Shown one piece after another: positions 1-9,020 of a stretch of DNA of 64,000 nucleotides (positions are counted from its first letter, which is position 1; every line of letters begins with the position of its first letter). The notes beneath the pieces were generated by a model. The model saw only the letters and a list, made by a program, of their open reading frames with translations. It made no database searches and was not told where the DNA came from. The stretch covers positions 109,461 through 173,460 of the forward strand of contig JALHMI010000002.1 of assembly GCA_022844125.1 (NCBI GenBank), read 5' to 3'. Both the position numbers and the translations under genes were made by a program. This DNA comes from Pirellulales bacterium. Lineage in GTDB: Bacteria > Planctomycetota > Planctomycetia > Pirellulales > PALSA-1355.

Positions 1-601
1 AGGCTTTCACCTCGTCGACGATTTGCACCAAACGCTCGTATGTGCCGCGCGCAAAGCCCGCCATCTGGACCAGATCTTGCTTGTCGCTGTACTCGTCCTC
101 GATCAATTCGAGCAGAGGGAGCATGCAGAGTTGGTTGCCCATCTCGTGCGCAAGACGCGCAGCCGAGCGGCCCAGCATCGCGCAGCGATCGGAAGCCACA
201 AGCCGATCCTGCAACGCGATGTTCGACAGCGACATGTCGTAAGCCTCGATCGCGCGGAGCAGGATCGAGAAGACCTCGTCCTGCTCCCACGGCTTCTTGA
301 CGAAATAAAACACCTGTCCCTGATTGATTGCGCTAAGCATCGCTCGGGAATCGGCATAGCCCGTGAGCATCACGCGTTTGGTGTGTGGATACTTTCGGCG
401 CATGATCTCGAACAGCTCGGCGCCGCTCATCTTGGGCATCCGCTGATCGGCAATCACGACCGGAAAGACGTGCTGCTCGAGCAGGTCGAGTGCCGCCTGA
501 CCGCTAGAAGCAGTTACGATATTGAAGTAGTCTTCGAACGTGGCCTGGAATACGACCAGGTTCTCCATCTCGTCGTCGACGTAGAGGATATCTCGCTTCA
601 T
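1..601 (-). CDS. Response-regulator receiver + histidine kinase (REC-HisKA), 3' end outside window
   Basis: Not in the ORF track. Read from ATG at 601: [15 protein letters not shown]...VVIADQRMPKMSG...MLTGY...KKPW (REC), then H-box RLAHEMGNQL. The start overlaps the upstream kinase stop (ATGA). Confidence 0.9.
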   Translation of the reverse strand, partial: MKRDILYVDDEMENLVVFQATFEDYFNIVTASSGQAALDLLEQHVFPVVIADQRMPKMSGAELFEIMRRKYPHTKRVMLTGYADSRAMLSAINQGQVFYFVKKPWEQDEVFSILLRAIEAYDMSLSNIALQDRLVASDRCAMLGRSAARLAHEMGNQLCMLPLLELIEDEYSDKQDLVQMAGFARGTYERLVQIVDEVKA

Positions 602-3600
602 GGGATTGCTCGCTGAAACGCCAATTGTTCCTGAAAGTCGTCATCCGAGGCTGGCGCTTCAGCCACGCAAGGAAAACGAATGACGAATTCCGTGCCCCGC
701 TGAAGCTCGCTCTGACATTCAATCGATCCGCCGAGCTTGGTGATCAAGCCATAGCTCAGTGAGAGTCCTAACCCGGTGCCGACTCCTGGTTCCTTCGTCG
801 TGAAGAACGGATCGAAGATCTTCTGGCGAACGTCGGCCGGGATGCCGCAGCCGGAGTCGCGGATGCGGACGCTCACCCACTCGTCCTCCTGCCGCGTTGT
901 GATTGTGATCGCTCCGTCGTCGGTTATTGCCTGCTGAGCGTTGTTAAGAATATTCATGAACACCTGGTTTAACTGTCCGGCAGGGCCGAACACGCGGCCA
1001 ATCTCGCCATAGTCGCGAACGACTTCAATTCGGTCGCGCAGCGAACTGGAGAGAAGGTTCACGCACATATCGAGCGCCTCGTGCAGGTCGAACACCTGAA
1101 AATCTTCGTTTCCTGGATGCGAGAATGTCTTCAGATCGCTAATGATCCGGGCCGTTCGCGCTGCGCCGGCTTCGACGACGCTGGCGAGCGTCAGAATCTT
1201 CTGGAACGCGGCTTGCACTGCGTCCGGACCGCCCTCGGCAGTCGGCGCCGCCTCGACTAGCTTCTCCACCCGCTTGATGGTGGTGGCCAAGGGACGAATC
1301 CCGTTGTAGACGGCATTGATCGAGTTGTTGATCTCGTGCGCGAGGCCGGCAATCAACTGTCCAAGCGAACTCATCTTTTCAGCCTGGACAAGCTGGCTCT
1401 GCAGATCACGCAGTTCGTTGTAAGCTGTGCGCAGCTCGCGATTTCGCCGGTCGAGATCTTGATGCAGGCCGCGAAGCCGAAGCAGCGAGCGGACGCGCGC
1501 CTGGAGTTCGTTTTCTTCGAACGGCTTGATCAGGTAGTCGTCGGCACCACAGTTTAGACCCCCGATCTTCATCGACAGCTCGGCCTTGGCGGTGAGCATG
1601 ACGAAGGGAATGTGGGCCGTCGCCGAGTCCTCCTTGATCCGCCGACAGAATTCCTGCCCGTCTACGTGCGGCATCATCACGTCCGAGATGATCAGGTCCG
1701 GGGCGACTTGTCGGGCGACTTCGAGTCCTTCCTGACCGTCGCGAGCGAACACAACACGGTACTCGTCGCGCAACATTTCGCCGAGCAGTACGCGGATTTC
1801 GAGCGTGTCGTCAACGACCAGGATTGTGCGCGTAAACGGATTTCCGGTGTCGTGAATCCCGCTCTCGATCGCCGCCTCCGGCTCGATACTGAACTGATCG
1901 AGATCGGCAAAGGCTCGGCCCAGACGCTGCTCGCCAGAGTGGTTCACCGACAGTTGGCCTTGAGGTACCGAGCGTAGCGGCAAGTCAAAATAGAACCGCG
2001 AGCCACGGCCCAGTTCGCTCTTGAGGTGCACTTCGCCGCCGTGCAGTTCAACAAGGTCCTTTACCAGCGACAGCCCCAGGCCCGTTCCACTGAACTCGCG
2101 CGAGCTGGAACCGTCGACCTGCACAAAGCGTTCGAAGACCTTGTCGCGCTGCGTTTCGTCGATGCCAATACCGGTGTCGGTGATCGACACCCAGACACGA
2201 TCGTCCGTACGGTAGGTTTCGACGTGGATGCTGCCGCCGCGGGGCGTGAACTTGATGGCATTCGAAAGCAAGTTACTGACAATCGTATCGACTTTCTCCT
2301 CGTCTGCACCAAAGGGAGCAAGCTCCGGATCGCAGTCGACTGAAAGCACGATGCCGCGCTGTTGGACCAGCGGCGAAGCAGCCTTGGTAAGCGAGTCGAC
2401 CAGTTTGTTAAGGTCCGTGGCGGCCACATTGAGCTTCATCTGCCCGGCCTCGAGCTTGGAGAAGTCGAGCAACCGGTTGATCAAGTCGAGCAGGCGGTAT
2501 CCGTTGAGTCGAACCATCTCCAGCATGTGCTTGGCGGAGGGCGAAAGCTCTTCCGCGTTTCGCTGCAGTAGTCGATCGACAGGCGCCAGGATCATTGTCA
2601 GCGGCGTGCGAAGCTCGTGACTAACGTTGGAGAAGAATTCCGTCTTCAGACGATCGTGCTCGGTGAGCTTGTCGAGCGAACGTTGCAAGCTGCGTCGGCT
2701 GCGTGACAACTGTCGGGTGCGGCGGCGCACCTTACGCTCCAGGTTCGTGTTCAGTTCGCGAATTGTTCGGTCGTTTTCATCGAGTTGTTCGACCATCACA
2801 TTAAATTGACGAGCGAGGATGTCGAGCTCGTCGTTACCGGCAGGGTGCAGGCGCTCACAGAGTTGCCCCTGCTCGACGCGTTTCATCGCCTGCACTAGCT
2901 CGGCCACCCGGGAAGCGACGCTACGGGCGAGCACGACCGACAACATCAGGCCGATCGTCACCGCGGCGATGAAGATCATCATGATGTGCCACTGCATGTT
3001 TGCCAGCGTGGCAGCCTGATTCTGCGGATCGTTGACGATTTCGATGGCGCGCTGGTTGGCGAGCGCGCCAATCATCAGGGCAGTGCCGGCAATCGTGAGT
3101 CCGAAGCAGATGGTCATCCGCGACTGAAGCCGCGAAACGGGAAGCTGGGCATAAGGAATGGGCAAACCTTCGTCGAGGAGGTGCCGGATGATCGGACGCA
3201 TCCAGAACTCAATCGCGAAGAAGGACAGCATCAAGGACGTGGAAACGCCCAGGAATGTGCCGAGGCAGATGTTAATTAGCGTCGCCGAATCGACCTGATC
3301 CCACATATAGAGGATTGGGCAGAGCACGGCGTCGGTGACCAAAGGCACCAGCAGTGCTTCGTGCAGGTGGTGCTTGCCACAAAACTCGACAGCATCACGA
3401 CCCGCCTGCAGCGCACGCGGCAATTCGACGACCCGGCTATGCTGCAAATCGCCGAGCACGCGCCGCAAGCGGCGAGTTTCCCACAATCCCTGCAGGGTGG
3501 TCGCTACGACCGCGGCAATTACGACCACCACCGCCAAGAGCCGGAAGTGCGAAAGGACCTCCGGAGTGACGTGCAAAGTCAGGTCGATGTAATAGATCGT

Positions 3601-3735
3601 CAGCACGCCGCCGATCGAGCCGATCAGGCGGGTAACGATCATCATTACGAGGATGTAATGAGGTCCAAGTTTCTTGAGCAGCGTTGCCAGCATCGTCTGC
3701 CGTTCACTCGGACCCGGCGCAGCACGCCGGGACAC
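598..3735 (-). CDS. Membrane-bound hybrid histidine kinase (about 6 TM-HAMP-HisKA-HATPase-REC-HisKA-HATPase)
   Basis: Hydrophobic N-terminus; HAMP ([16 protein letters not shown]); H-boxes SHELRTPL and AHEINN; N/G boxes [21 protein letters not shown]; REC (ILVVDD, DVMMP, KPF). The start may be 3693. Confidence 0.95.
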   Translation of the reverse strand: MSRRAAPGPSERQTMLATLLKKLGPHYILVMMIVTRLIGSIGGVLTIYYIDLTLHVTPEVLSHFRLLAVVVVIAAVVATTLQGLWETRRLRRVLGDLQHSRVVELPRALQAGRDAVEFCGKHHLHEALLVPLVTDAVLCPILYMWDQVDSATLINICLGTFLGVSTSLMLSFFAIEFWMRPIIRHLLDEGLPIPYAQLPVSRLQSRMTICFGLTIAGTALMIGALANQRAIEIVNDPQNQAATLANMQWHIMMIFIAAVTIGLMLSVVLARSVASRVAELVQAMKRVEQGQLCERLHPAGNDELDILARQFNVMVEQLDENDRTIRELNTNLERKVRRRTRQLSRSRRSLQRSLDKLTEHDRLKTEFFSNVSHELRTPLTMILAPVDRLLQRNAEELSPSAKHMLEMVRLNGYRLLDLINRLLDFSKLEAGQMKLNVAATDLNKLVDSLTKAASPLVQQRGIVLSVDCDPELAPFGADEEKVDTIVSNLLSNAIKFTPRGGSIHVETYRTDDRVWVSITDTGIGIDETQRDKVFERFVQVDGSSSREFSGTGLGLSLVKDLVELHGGEVHLKSELGRGSRFYFDLPLRSVPQGQLSVNHSGEQRLGRAFADLDQFSIEPEAAIESGIHDTGNPFTRTILVVDDTLEIRVLLGEMLRDEYRVVFARDGQEGLEVARQVAPDLIISDVMMPHVDGQEFCRRIKEDSATAHIPFVMLTAKAELSMKIGGLNCGADDYLIKPFEENELQARVRSLLRLRGLHQDLDRRNRELRTAYNELRDLQSQLVQAEKMSSLGQLIAGLAHEINNSINAVYNGIRPLATTIKRVEKLVEAAPTAEGGPDAVQAAFQKILTLASVVEAGAARTARIISDLKTFSHPGNEDFQVFDLHEALDMCVNLLSSSLRDRIEVVRDYGEIGRVFGPAGQLNQVFMNILNNAQQAITDDGAITITTRQEDEWVSVRIRDSGCGIPADVRQKIFDPFFTTKEPGVGTGLGLSLSYGLITKLGGSIECQSELQRGTEFVIRFPCVAEAPASDDDFQEQLAFQRAIP

Positions 3736-3744
3736 ATTGATCTG

Positions 3745-6348
3745 CTATTTCAATCCACGACTCTTAAGTTCCATCCGCAGCAACTGGGCCAGTGCCCGAA
3801 GTAGAGCGGCCACGTCGATACTGCGAATTCCGGCCGCCAGGGAGGCGATCGATTGCCGATGGGCTTCCCACTTGAGCAGGAAATACTTTTCGTGTTCGCC
3901 GCGACGAACAGCCGCTTCGATCTTGTCCGGCATCGCGCTGGCCAGGTCGTTCAGGCTCAGATCCCCCTCGCGCAAAGCTCGGGCAAACACCCCGCTGGTA
4001 AAGTCGCGGTCGGCGATCTCTCGCTGCCAGGTACTGACCAGGTTGCCAATTCGCCCCATGTTTTGAGCGTGCCAAATCACTTCGCGCAATCGACCGATCT
4101 CCGCCCGATCGAAGTCGGGCGACCACATCAGGTCCATTGTGGCGAAGCTCATCATTTGCATATTGTGGGGTTGATACATGTCGTGCTCTTGAACGTTCAG
4201 CAGCGCCGGTTGCTTGTTGACCATCAGCGAGTAGGCAAACGTATTGAGGATCTGCTGATGATCGTAGTCGAGCAGTTCGGCGTATTCGGCGTAACCGGGC
4301 GCGCATTGGAGACGGCTTCGGAACGTATCCCATAGGTCGCACGTAAATTGAGCGTACTCTTGCTGTTGGCTCGAAAACGCGCTGAAATCGCGGTCGGCAC
4401 GGCCGGCGATGATACCGGTGAGCGCCGCGAGAAACGCGTCTCCGCCGGCATGATCGGCCACGTCGTCGAGCATGACTCCGTACATCACGGCCAGCAGCTT
4501 CGTATCGCAAAGGTCGCGACGCAGCGCAGGCGCGACGCACGACAGCGTCGTCAGATCGAGTCCGTGCAAGCACCAACGCCACAAATATACGTCACGCGAA
4601 CCCACTCGCCCGTATCGTTCGACCCAGTCGGCAATGAACGGACTGAATTGTGTGGCAAGGACTTGCGCCTGGACGTCGGGTGCGCCGGCCAGCTCCGTGA
4701 GCAGAAGCGCCGGCTCGGGATGTGATTGGCCCTGGCATGTCGCTATGGCCGGAACGATCCGCGCAATCTCAACCTCTTCAATCTCATTCGGCTGGGCCAG
4801 ATGATCGCCCAGCCAGCGGCTACGTCGGACAACCAAGTCCGCCAGCGCTTGATGCACGTCCTTGGCGTCAGTGGTTTCGACAGCGCCAGGCGATACGATC
4901 GTCATATTCGGCGCACTACCGCCGCGGATCAGTTGCTCGCAGACCCAGGCTGAGAAACCACCCGCTTCACAGTCGTCCAGAATCACCGTGTAAGCAGCCT
5001 CGGCAGCCGCGCTCGCGATACACTCGACGTCGAGCGGGTGCGCGAAGCGCGCGTTCACAACTGTGGCACGAATTTGCAGTTGAGCGAGATTCTCGGCCGC
5101 GATCGCTGCGGCAGCACTTGTCGAGCCCCACGCCACGATGGCAACATCTGCGCCTGCGCCAAGGCGTTCTGCTCGGCCGGATTCAACTTCCTCGCCCGAA
5201 GGCCAACTGACCTCTGGCAGGTCCCTCTCGGCCAACCAGACAATCGCCGGAGTGTTCTGCCTGGTACACCACGCAAGCATTTGGCTCAACTCGATGCCGT
5301 CTTTGGGCGCGAGCAGCCTGACCCTCGGCAGCTCACGAAACGCCGACAGTTGCGAGGAATGTGCCAGGGCGTGAGTCTTATTGCCGGCCTCGATGACGAG
5401 TGTGATTCCTAATTCACCGTCGGCGAATAGGCGGCGAATCGCAGGCAGTTGGTCAAACGCCTCGTCGAGCGGCAACAGTAGGCACGGGTGCCGCCCCGCC
5501 GCCGCCAGTGACTGACAACGTGTGAGTAGAACGAACGTATCATCAATCTCACTCTCGGATGAGAAGTGCACGACGCTGGAATCGGCGGCCTCGAGTTCCT
5601 GCAACGATTCAATCGCACACTCGTGGTAGGTTTGCCCGAGCAAGGACGCGCCCGAGTTGGTCGAGTCGGCGGATGAGAAGTGCGGAGGTGGCGGAGCGGA
5701 AGCAGTATCGAAGTACAATACACTGGAATCGCCGCTGTGCTTGACGTCGGCCAGCAGCCCGATCAGATCCTCATCCGTGTCGAGAGAGACCGGCTCCCGA
5801 TATCGAAGGTGAAGCCGCGAGGCCACGCGTTCTGCCAGCTGACGTGGGCCGACCGCTGGCAAACCAGCTTCCCTGACACCGCATATCACCAATAGCAGGC
5901 GTGCATCCTGCTCGAGGGCGGTGCGCATTTCGGGAGAGCCGTTCTCGCTGGCGAGTTCCTGTGCGGTTTGCACGAGCACTAGCCATGGTGGTCCGGCGTC
6001 AACAGCATGCATTGTCGAATCGGACTGCACAGCGCCTGAATGCGCAAAGCCGTGGCCCGAATCGATGCGGAGCTGCGGCTCACTGTTCGTGCCTTGCAGG
6101 CGCCACACCACACGGTCGCTAGCGGCACCGAACGTGCGTTGCAGCGCCGCTGCAAGCCGCCCGACTGCCCGGTTGCCGGTCTCGGCGGCAAGTTCGAAGC
6201 GCGAATCGCTTGAACGAAGCAGCTTCGATGGATGAGAATCGGGTAACGGAACCATGCGCCAGGAATTCGGATCGACCACGTTCGCCATGACGTGCTCAGC
6301 GGCATTGAGATGGGGTAAAACACGCGTGGCGCACTGGTCTCCCCTCAT
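3745..6348 (-). CDS. Fusion of a degenerate DXS/transketolase-like region and a C-terminal class I terpene synthase-like domain
   Basis: The N-terminal ~520 aa track DXS segments (RELPRVRLLAPKDGIELSQML; GADVAIVAWGS; VVNARFAHPLD). The C-terminal ~300 aa carry LDDVAD (4453-4470) and RIGNLVSTWQRE (NSE/DTE-like, 4018-4044). Alternative start 6288. Confidence 0.8.
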   Translation of the reverse strand: MRGDQCATRVLPHLNAAEHVMANVVDPNSWRMVPLPDSHPSKLLRSSDSRFELAAETGNRAVGRLAAALQRTFGAASDRVVWRLQGTNSEPQLRIDSGHGFAHSGAVQSDSTMHAVDAGPPWLVLVQTAQELASENGSPEMRTALEQDARLLLVICGVREAGLPAVGPRQLAERVASRLHLRYREPVSLDTDEDLIGLLADVKHSGDSSVLYFDTASAPPPPHFSSADSTNSGASLLGQTYHECAIESLQELEAADSSVVHFSSESEIDDTFVLLTRCQSLAAAGRHPCLLLPLDEAFDQLPAIRRLFADGELGITLVIEAGNKTHALAHSSQLSAFRELPRVRLLAPKDGIELSQMLAWCTRQNTPAIVWLAERDLPEVSWPSGEEVESGRAERLGAGADVAIVAWGSTSAAAAIAAENLAQLQIRATVVNARFAHPLDVECIASAAAEAAYTVILDDCEAGGFSAWVCEQLIRGGSAPNMTIVSPGAVETTDAKDVHQALADLVVRRSRWLGDHLAQPNEIEEVEIARIVPAIATCQGQSHPEPALLLTELAGAPDVQAQVLATQFSPFIADWVERYGRVGSRDVYLWRWCLHGLDLTTLSCVAPALRRDLCDTKLLAVMYGVMLDDVADHAGGDAFLAALTGIIAGRADRDFSAFSSQQQEYAQFTCDLWDTFRSRLQCAPGYAEYAELLDYDHQQILNTFAYSLMVNKQPALLNVQEHDMYQPHNMQMMSFATMDLMWSPDFDRAEIGRLREVIWHAQNMGRIGNLVSTWQREIADRDFTSGVFARALREGDLSLNDLASAMPDKIEAAVRRGEHEKYFLLKWEAHRQSIASLAAGIRSIDVAALLRALAQLLRMELKSRGLK

Positions 6349-6691
6349 CAGGCGTCACGCGGAACTCGTTGATTATGGTGCAATTGACCAGCGTTTGTCC
6401 ATGAAAATGAGAGCCACTTAGACAGCATTCGAAGAAGCGTGAACGGGTATTTGCAAAGCTGTACGGCCTCTTCCGATTGCACCGCCGATCTGCAGGAATT
6501 TCGCGATGTGTAGATGCACCGATCGCAACGATTGGGTCACTCTTGCAGATCTCATCATGCCGGCATGATTCGCTGCGCGCGAGAAAATATTCCAGTCTGC
6601 AACTAGCATATCGCGCACGGCCGTCAGCGACCTAGATTTGTGTGTCGAACAGCAGGCCACTCACTCGCCCGCCTGAAGGAGCTAGGAAGCA

Positions 6692-7381
6692 ATGGCGCTC
6701 ATGCAGACCACGTGTGATCGATCGTACCCGCTGGTGCATCCAGAATTGGTCGACGCGATGGTGTTTCCAGAACCAACGTCGAGCGAAGCGGAGCCGTTTG
6801 CCGTCGAATTGCGCGAGATCTCGCCGGCGAGCGCGAAGCTGCTGATGGCCGGACCACCGCAACTTCCGAGTCGTTGCCGATTACGGCTCAACAGTTCAAA
6901 GCTGGCGCGTCCGCTGGAGCTAAACGCCGAAATTGGTTGGGCAAGGCCGAATCTGGCCGGCGACTGGCTCGTGGAGTGCGAGTTTCTTGCACGAATGAGC
7001 GAATCGCGATTCGACGCTGTGCTCGCGAGCGGTCTCTTGGAGCGCCGTTCGGCCGTGCGATATCAGACGCGCATTCCAGTACATGTCGAATGGACGCTCG
7101 GAGAGAATCGGCTAAGCGGCCTGGTTCGCGATCTGTCGGAGGGCGGTTTGTGCCTGATGACCAGCATGTCTCCGGCGGGTCGCGTGGTTTACGTGATCGC
7201 CACAGCGCCTAACGGAGAAGCAGCGTTAAAGCTCAAGGTTCGCTGGTCGCTGGGCGTCGGAGAAAAACATCTGGTCGGCTGTCAGTTCATTCGTGGCGAA
7301 GACTTCTATCTGCTCCGCAACTTACAGCCCACGGCGCAGCCGGCGTATAGTGAGTACTCGCGCGCGACGCGGCCAAGCTAG
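6692..7381 (+). CDS. Tandem PilZ-domain protein
   Basis: The second domain has RRSAVR (RxxxR) and DLSEGG (DxSxxG). The first domain is a degenerate copy (EISPAS, EIGWAR, VECEF). Confidence 0.8.
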   Translation: MALMQTTCDRSYPLVHPELVDAMVFPEPTSSEAEPFAVELREISPASAKLLMAGPPQLPSRCRLRLNSSKLARPLELNAEIGWARPNLAGDWLVECEFLARMSESRFDAVLASGLLERRSAVRYQTRIPVHVEWTLGENRLSGLVRDLSEGGLCLMTSMSPAGRVVYVIATAPNGEAALKLKVRWSLGVGEKHLVGCQFIRGEDFYLLRNLQPTAQPAYSEYSRATRPS

Positions 7382-7407
7382 TTCGCGCCAGCGAACGGCG
7401 CCAGCGT

Positions 7408-8451
7408 TCACCGCTCGGCGATCAGCGTGGCAATTCGTTCGCGCATCTGAGCTTCGCCCGTGCCGCCCTGCCAGTTGAGCTCGCCGTACCACCACGAACG
7501 AACTTGCCCTTGGCGATCGATCAGATAGACGCTGGGCCAGAGATTGTTGGCCCAGGCCTTCCAATTCTCGCCAGTCAGGTCGAAAGCGACTGGGTATTTG
7601 ATACCACGTTCGATGATGTTCGCTCGCAACTTGTCGAGATCTCTCTCGGCAGCAGTTTCCGGCGTATGGATGCCGATGATCGTCAGATCCTTGTCCGGAA
7701 ACTTTTCGTGCCATGCCTGATAGTGCGGCAGGTTGCGAATGCAATTGATGCAGCCGAACGCCCAAAAGTGCACGACGACAACCTTGCCGCGCAAAGACTG
7801 AAGCGAGAGCGGCGCAGTGTTGATCCATGCCTCGACCGTGCGCATCTCAGGCGCGAAGCAACCCACTCGGGTTACCTTACTCAGATCGAACCGCGGGCCG
7901 AACAACTCGGCCAGCTTGGAATGTTGATCTGGCTTGAGAACCGCGATGACTTTCTGTGTGGAGAGCGTTCCGCCATCGGCGGTAGCAATGAGATCGGCGA
8001 TGCTCTGGCTCTGAGCTCCGCTGAGACCCAGCTGCTGGCGGAGGTCGGACGCGGTGAGGGCTTTTGCGCCTCTGGCCTGCAACACCAGTTGCTCGAAGCG
8101 CACCCTCTGCTCAGCCGAAAGCGTCTGATCCATGTACTGGCGAAGTGTGCCTTCGAGAGCCTGCAGCTCTTGTGCACTTTTTGCCGGTGGTACGTCGCGC
8201 AGGCGCCAGAACGGTTGGTCGACTTCGACGATGGCAGCTTCGACCTTCATGCGTTGAGCCGGTGACAGCTTGAGTTCCTCTTGCACGGCATCGTCGCGGG
8301 CCATCATCAAGCGAACGTACTGGGGCGTGGGAATCTCGACCGCTTCAGGAGGTGCTTGAGCATCTGCTGCGATTGCGGGCAAACTAAACAGCACGAGAAA
8401 GAGACCGATGACGAACTTGACCAGTTGCAACATGGACGCGTACCGTTTCAA
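7408..8451 (-). CDS. Exported redoxin (TlpA/DipZ-like thioredoxin fold) with N-terminal helical domain
   Basis: Signal peptide; LRGKVVVVHFWAFGCINC; IGIHTPE; WPSVYLIDRQG. Confidence 0.85.
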   Translation of the reverse strand: MKRYASMLQLVKFVIGLFLVLFSLPAIAADAQAPPEAVEIPTPQYVRLMMARDDAVQEELKLSPAQRMKVEAAIVEVDQPFWRLRDVPPAKSAQELQALEGTLRQYMDQTLSAEQRVRFEQLVLQARGAKALTASDLRQQLGLSGAQSQSIADLIATADGGTLSTQKVIAVLKPDQHSKLAELFGPRFDLSKVTRVGCFAPEMRTVEAWINTAPLSLQSLRGKVVVVHFWAFGCINCIRNLPHYQAWHEKFPDKDLTIIGIHTPETAAERDLDKLRANIIERGIKYPVAFDLTGENWKAWANNLWPSVYLIDRQGQVRSWWYGELNWQGGTGEAQMRERIATLIAER

Positions 8452-9014
8452 GATAGGGTGCGAACTGAGTTTGAAGTCCTGCGCTCGATTATAGCCGAAC
8501 GGCGTGTCTGCCGGAGTCGATAGCAGAGATTTGCGGCCACCAAAGTGATCGGGACCGCCGGCCAGGTGAACCAGGGCCAGAAACTGGCGGCCTTAGCAGG
8601 AGCCAGACCGGCATGCATGCTGAACTGCAGCCGACCGCGACGATCGCGATGAACTACGATCACTTCCACATCGTGCCAGCCTGGTTCAAGTTGCACATGG
8701 CAAACCTTCATCAGCCGGTTCGTGGCGAGCTCGTCGGTTGCCTCGCGTCGCTCGGACAGATGGGGATGCTCACGCGGAGTGACAATGATCTGAACCCGAG
8801 CTTCAACGAGAGCTAGATTCGACTGGGCGTCTTGGACCAGAACACTGACGTCAACTTCGCCCGCAGTGAGAATCGGGGGCGAAGAGAATACGCTGATTGC
8901 GAGGCTACCGTCCCGTTGCATGGCACGTACACGCCCGCCATCGGCCAGCGTCAAACCAGGCGCAAGCGTGCCTAGCATAACAGAAAGTGCAAAGAGGTAA
9001 CGCAAGCTCGGCAT
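8448..9014 (-). CDS. Exported hypothetical protein with C-terminal membrane anchor (possibly YtkA/FixH-like Ig fold)
   Basis: Signal peptide ending ALA/TLA-DGG, beta-strand pattern, C-terminal hydrophobic helix; overlaps or abuts operon neighbours. Confidence 0.6.
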   Translation of the reverse strand: MPSLRYLFALSVMLGTLAPGLTLADGGRVRAMQRDGSLAISVFSSPPILTAGEVDVSVLVQDAQSNLALVEARVQIIVTPREHPHLSERREATDELATNRLMKVCHVQLEPGWHDVEVIVVHRDRRGRLQFSMHAGLAPAKAASFWPWFTWPAVPITLVAANLCYRLRQTRRSAIIERRTSNSVRTLS

Positions 9015-9020
9015 CGCATT

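Noticed and set aside
23-616. 197-aa plus-strand ORF
   Set aside because: Antisense shadow of the real minus-strand REC-kinase gene.
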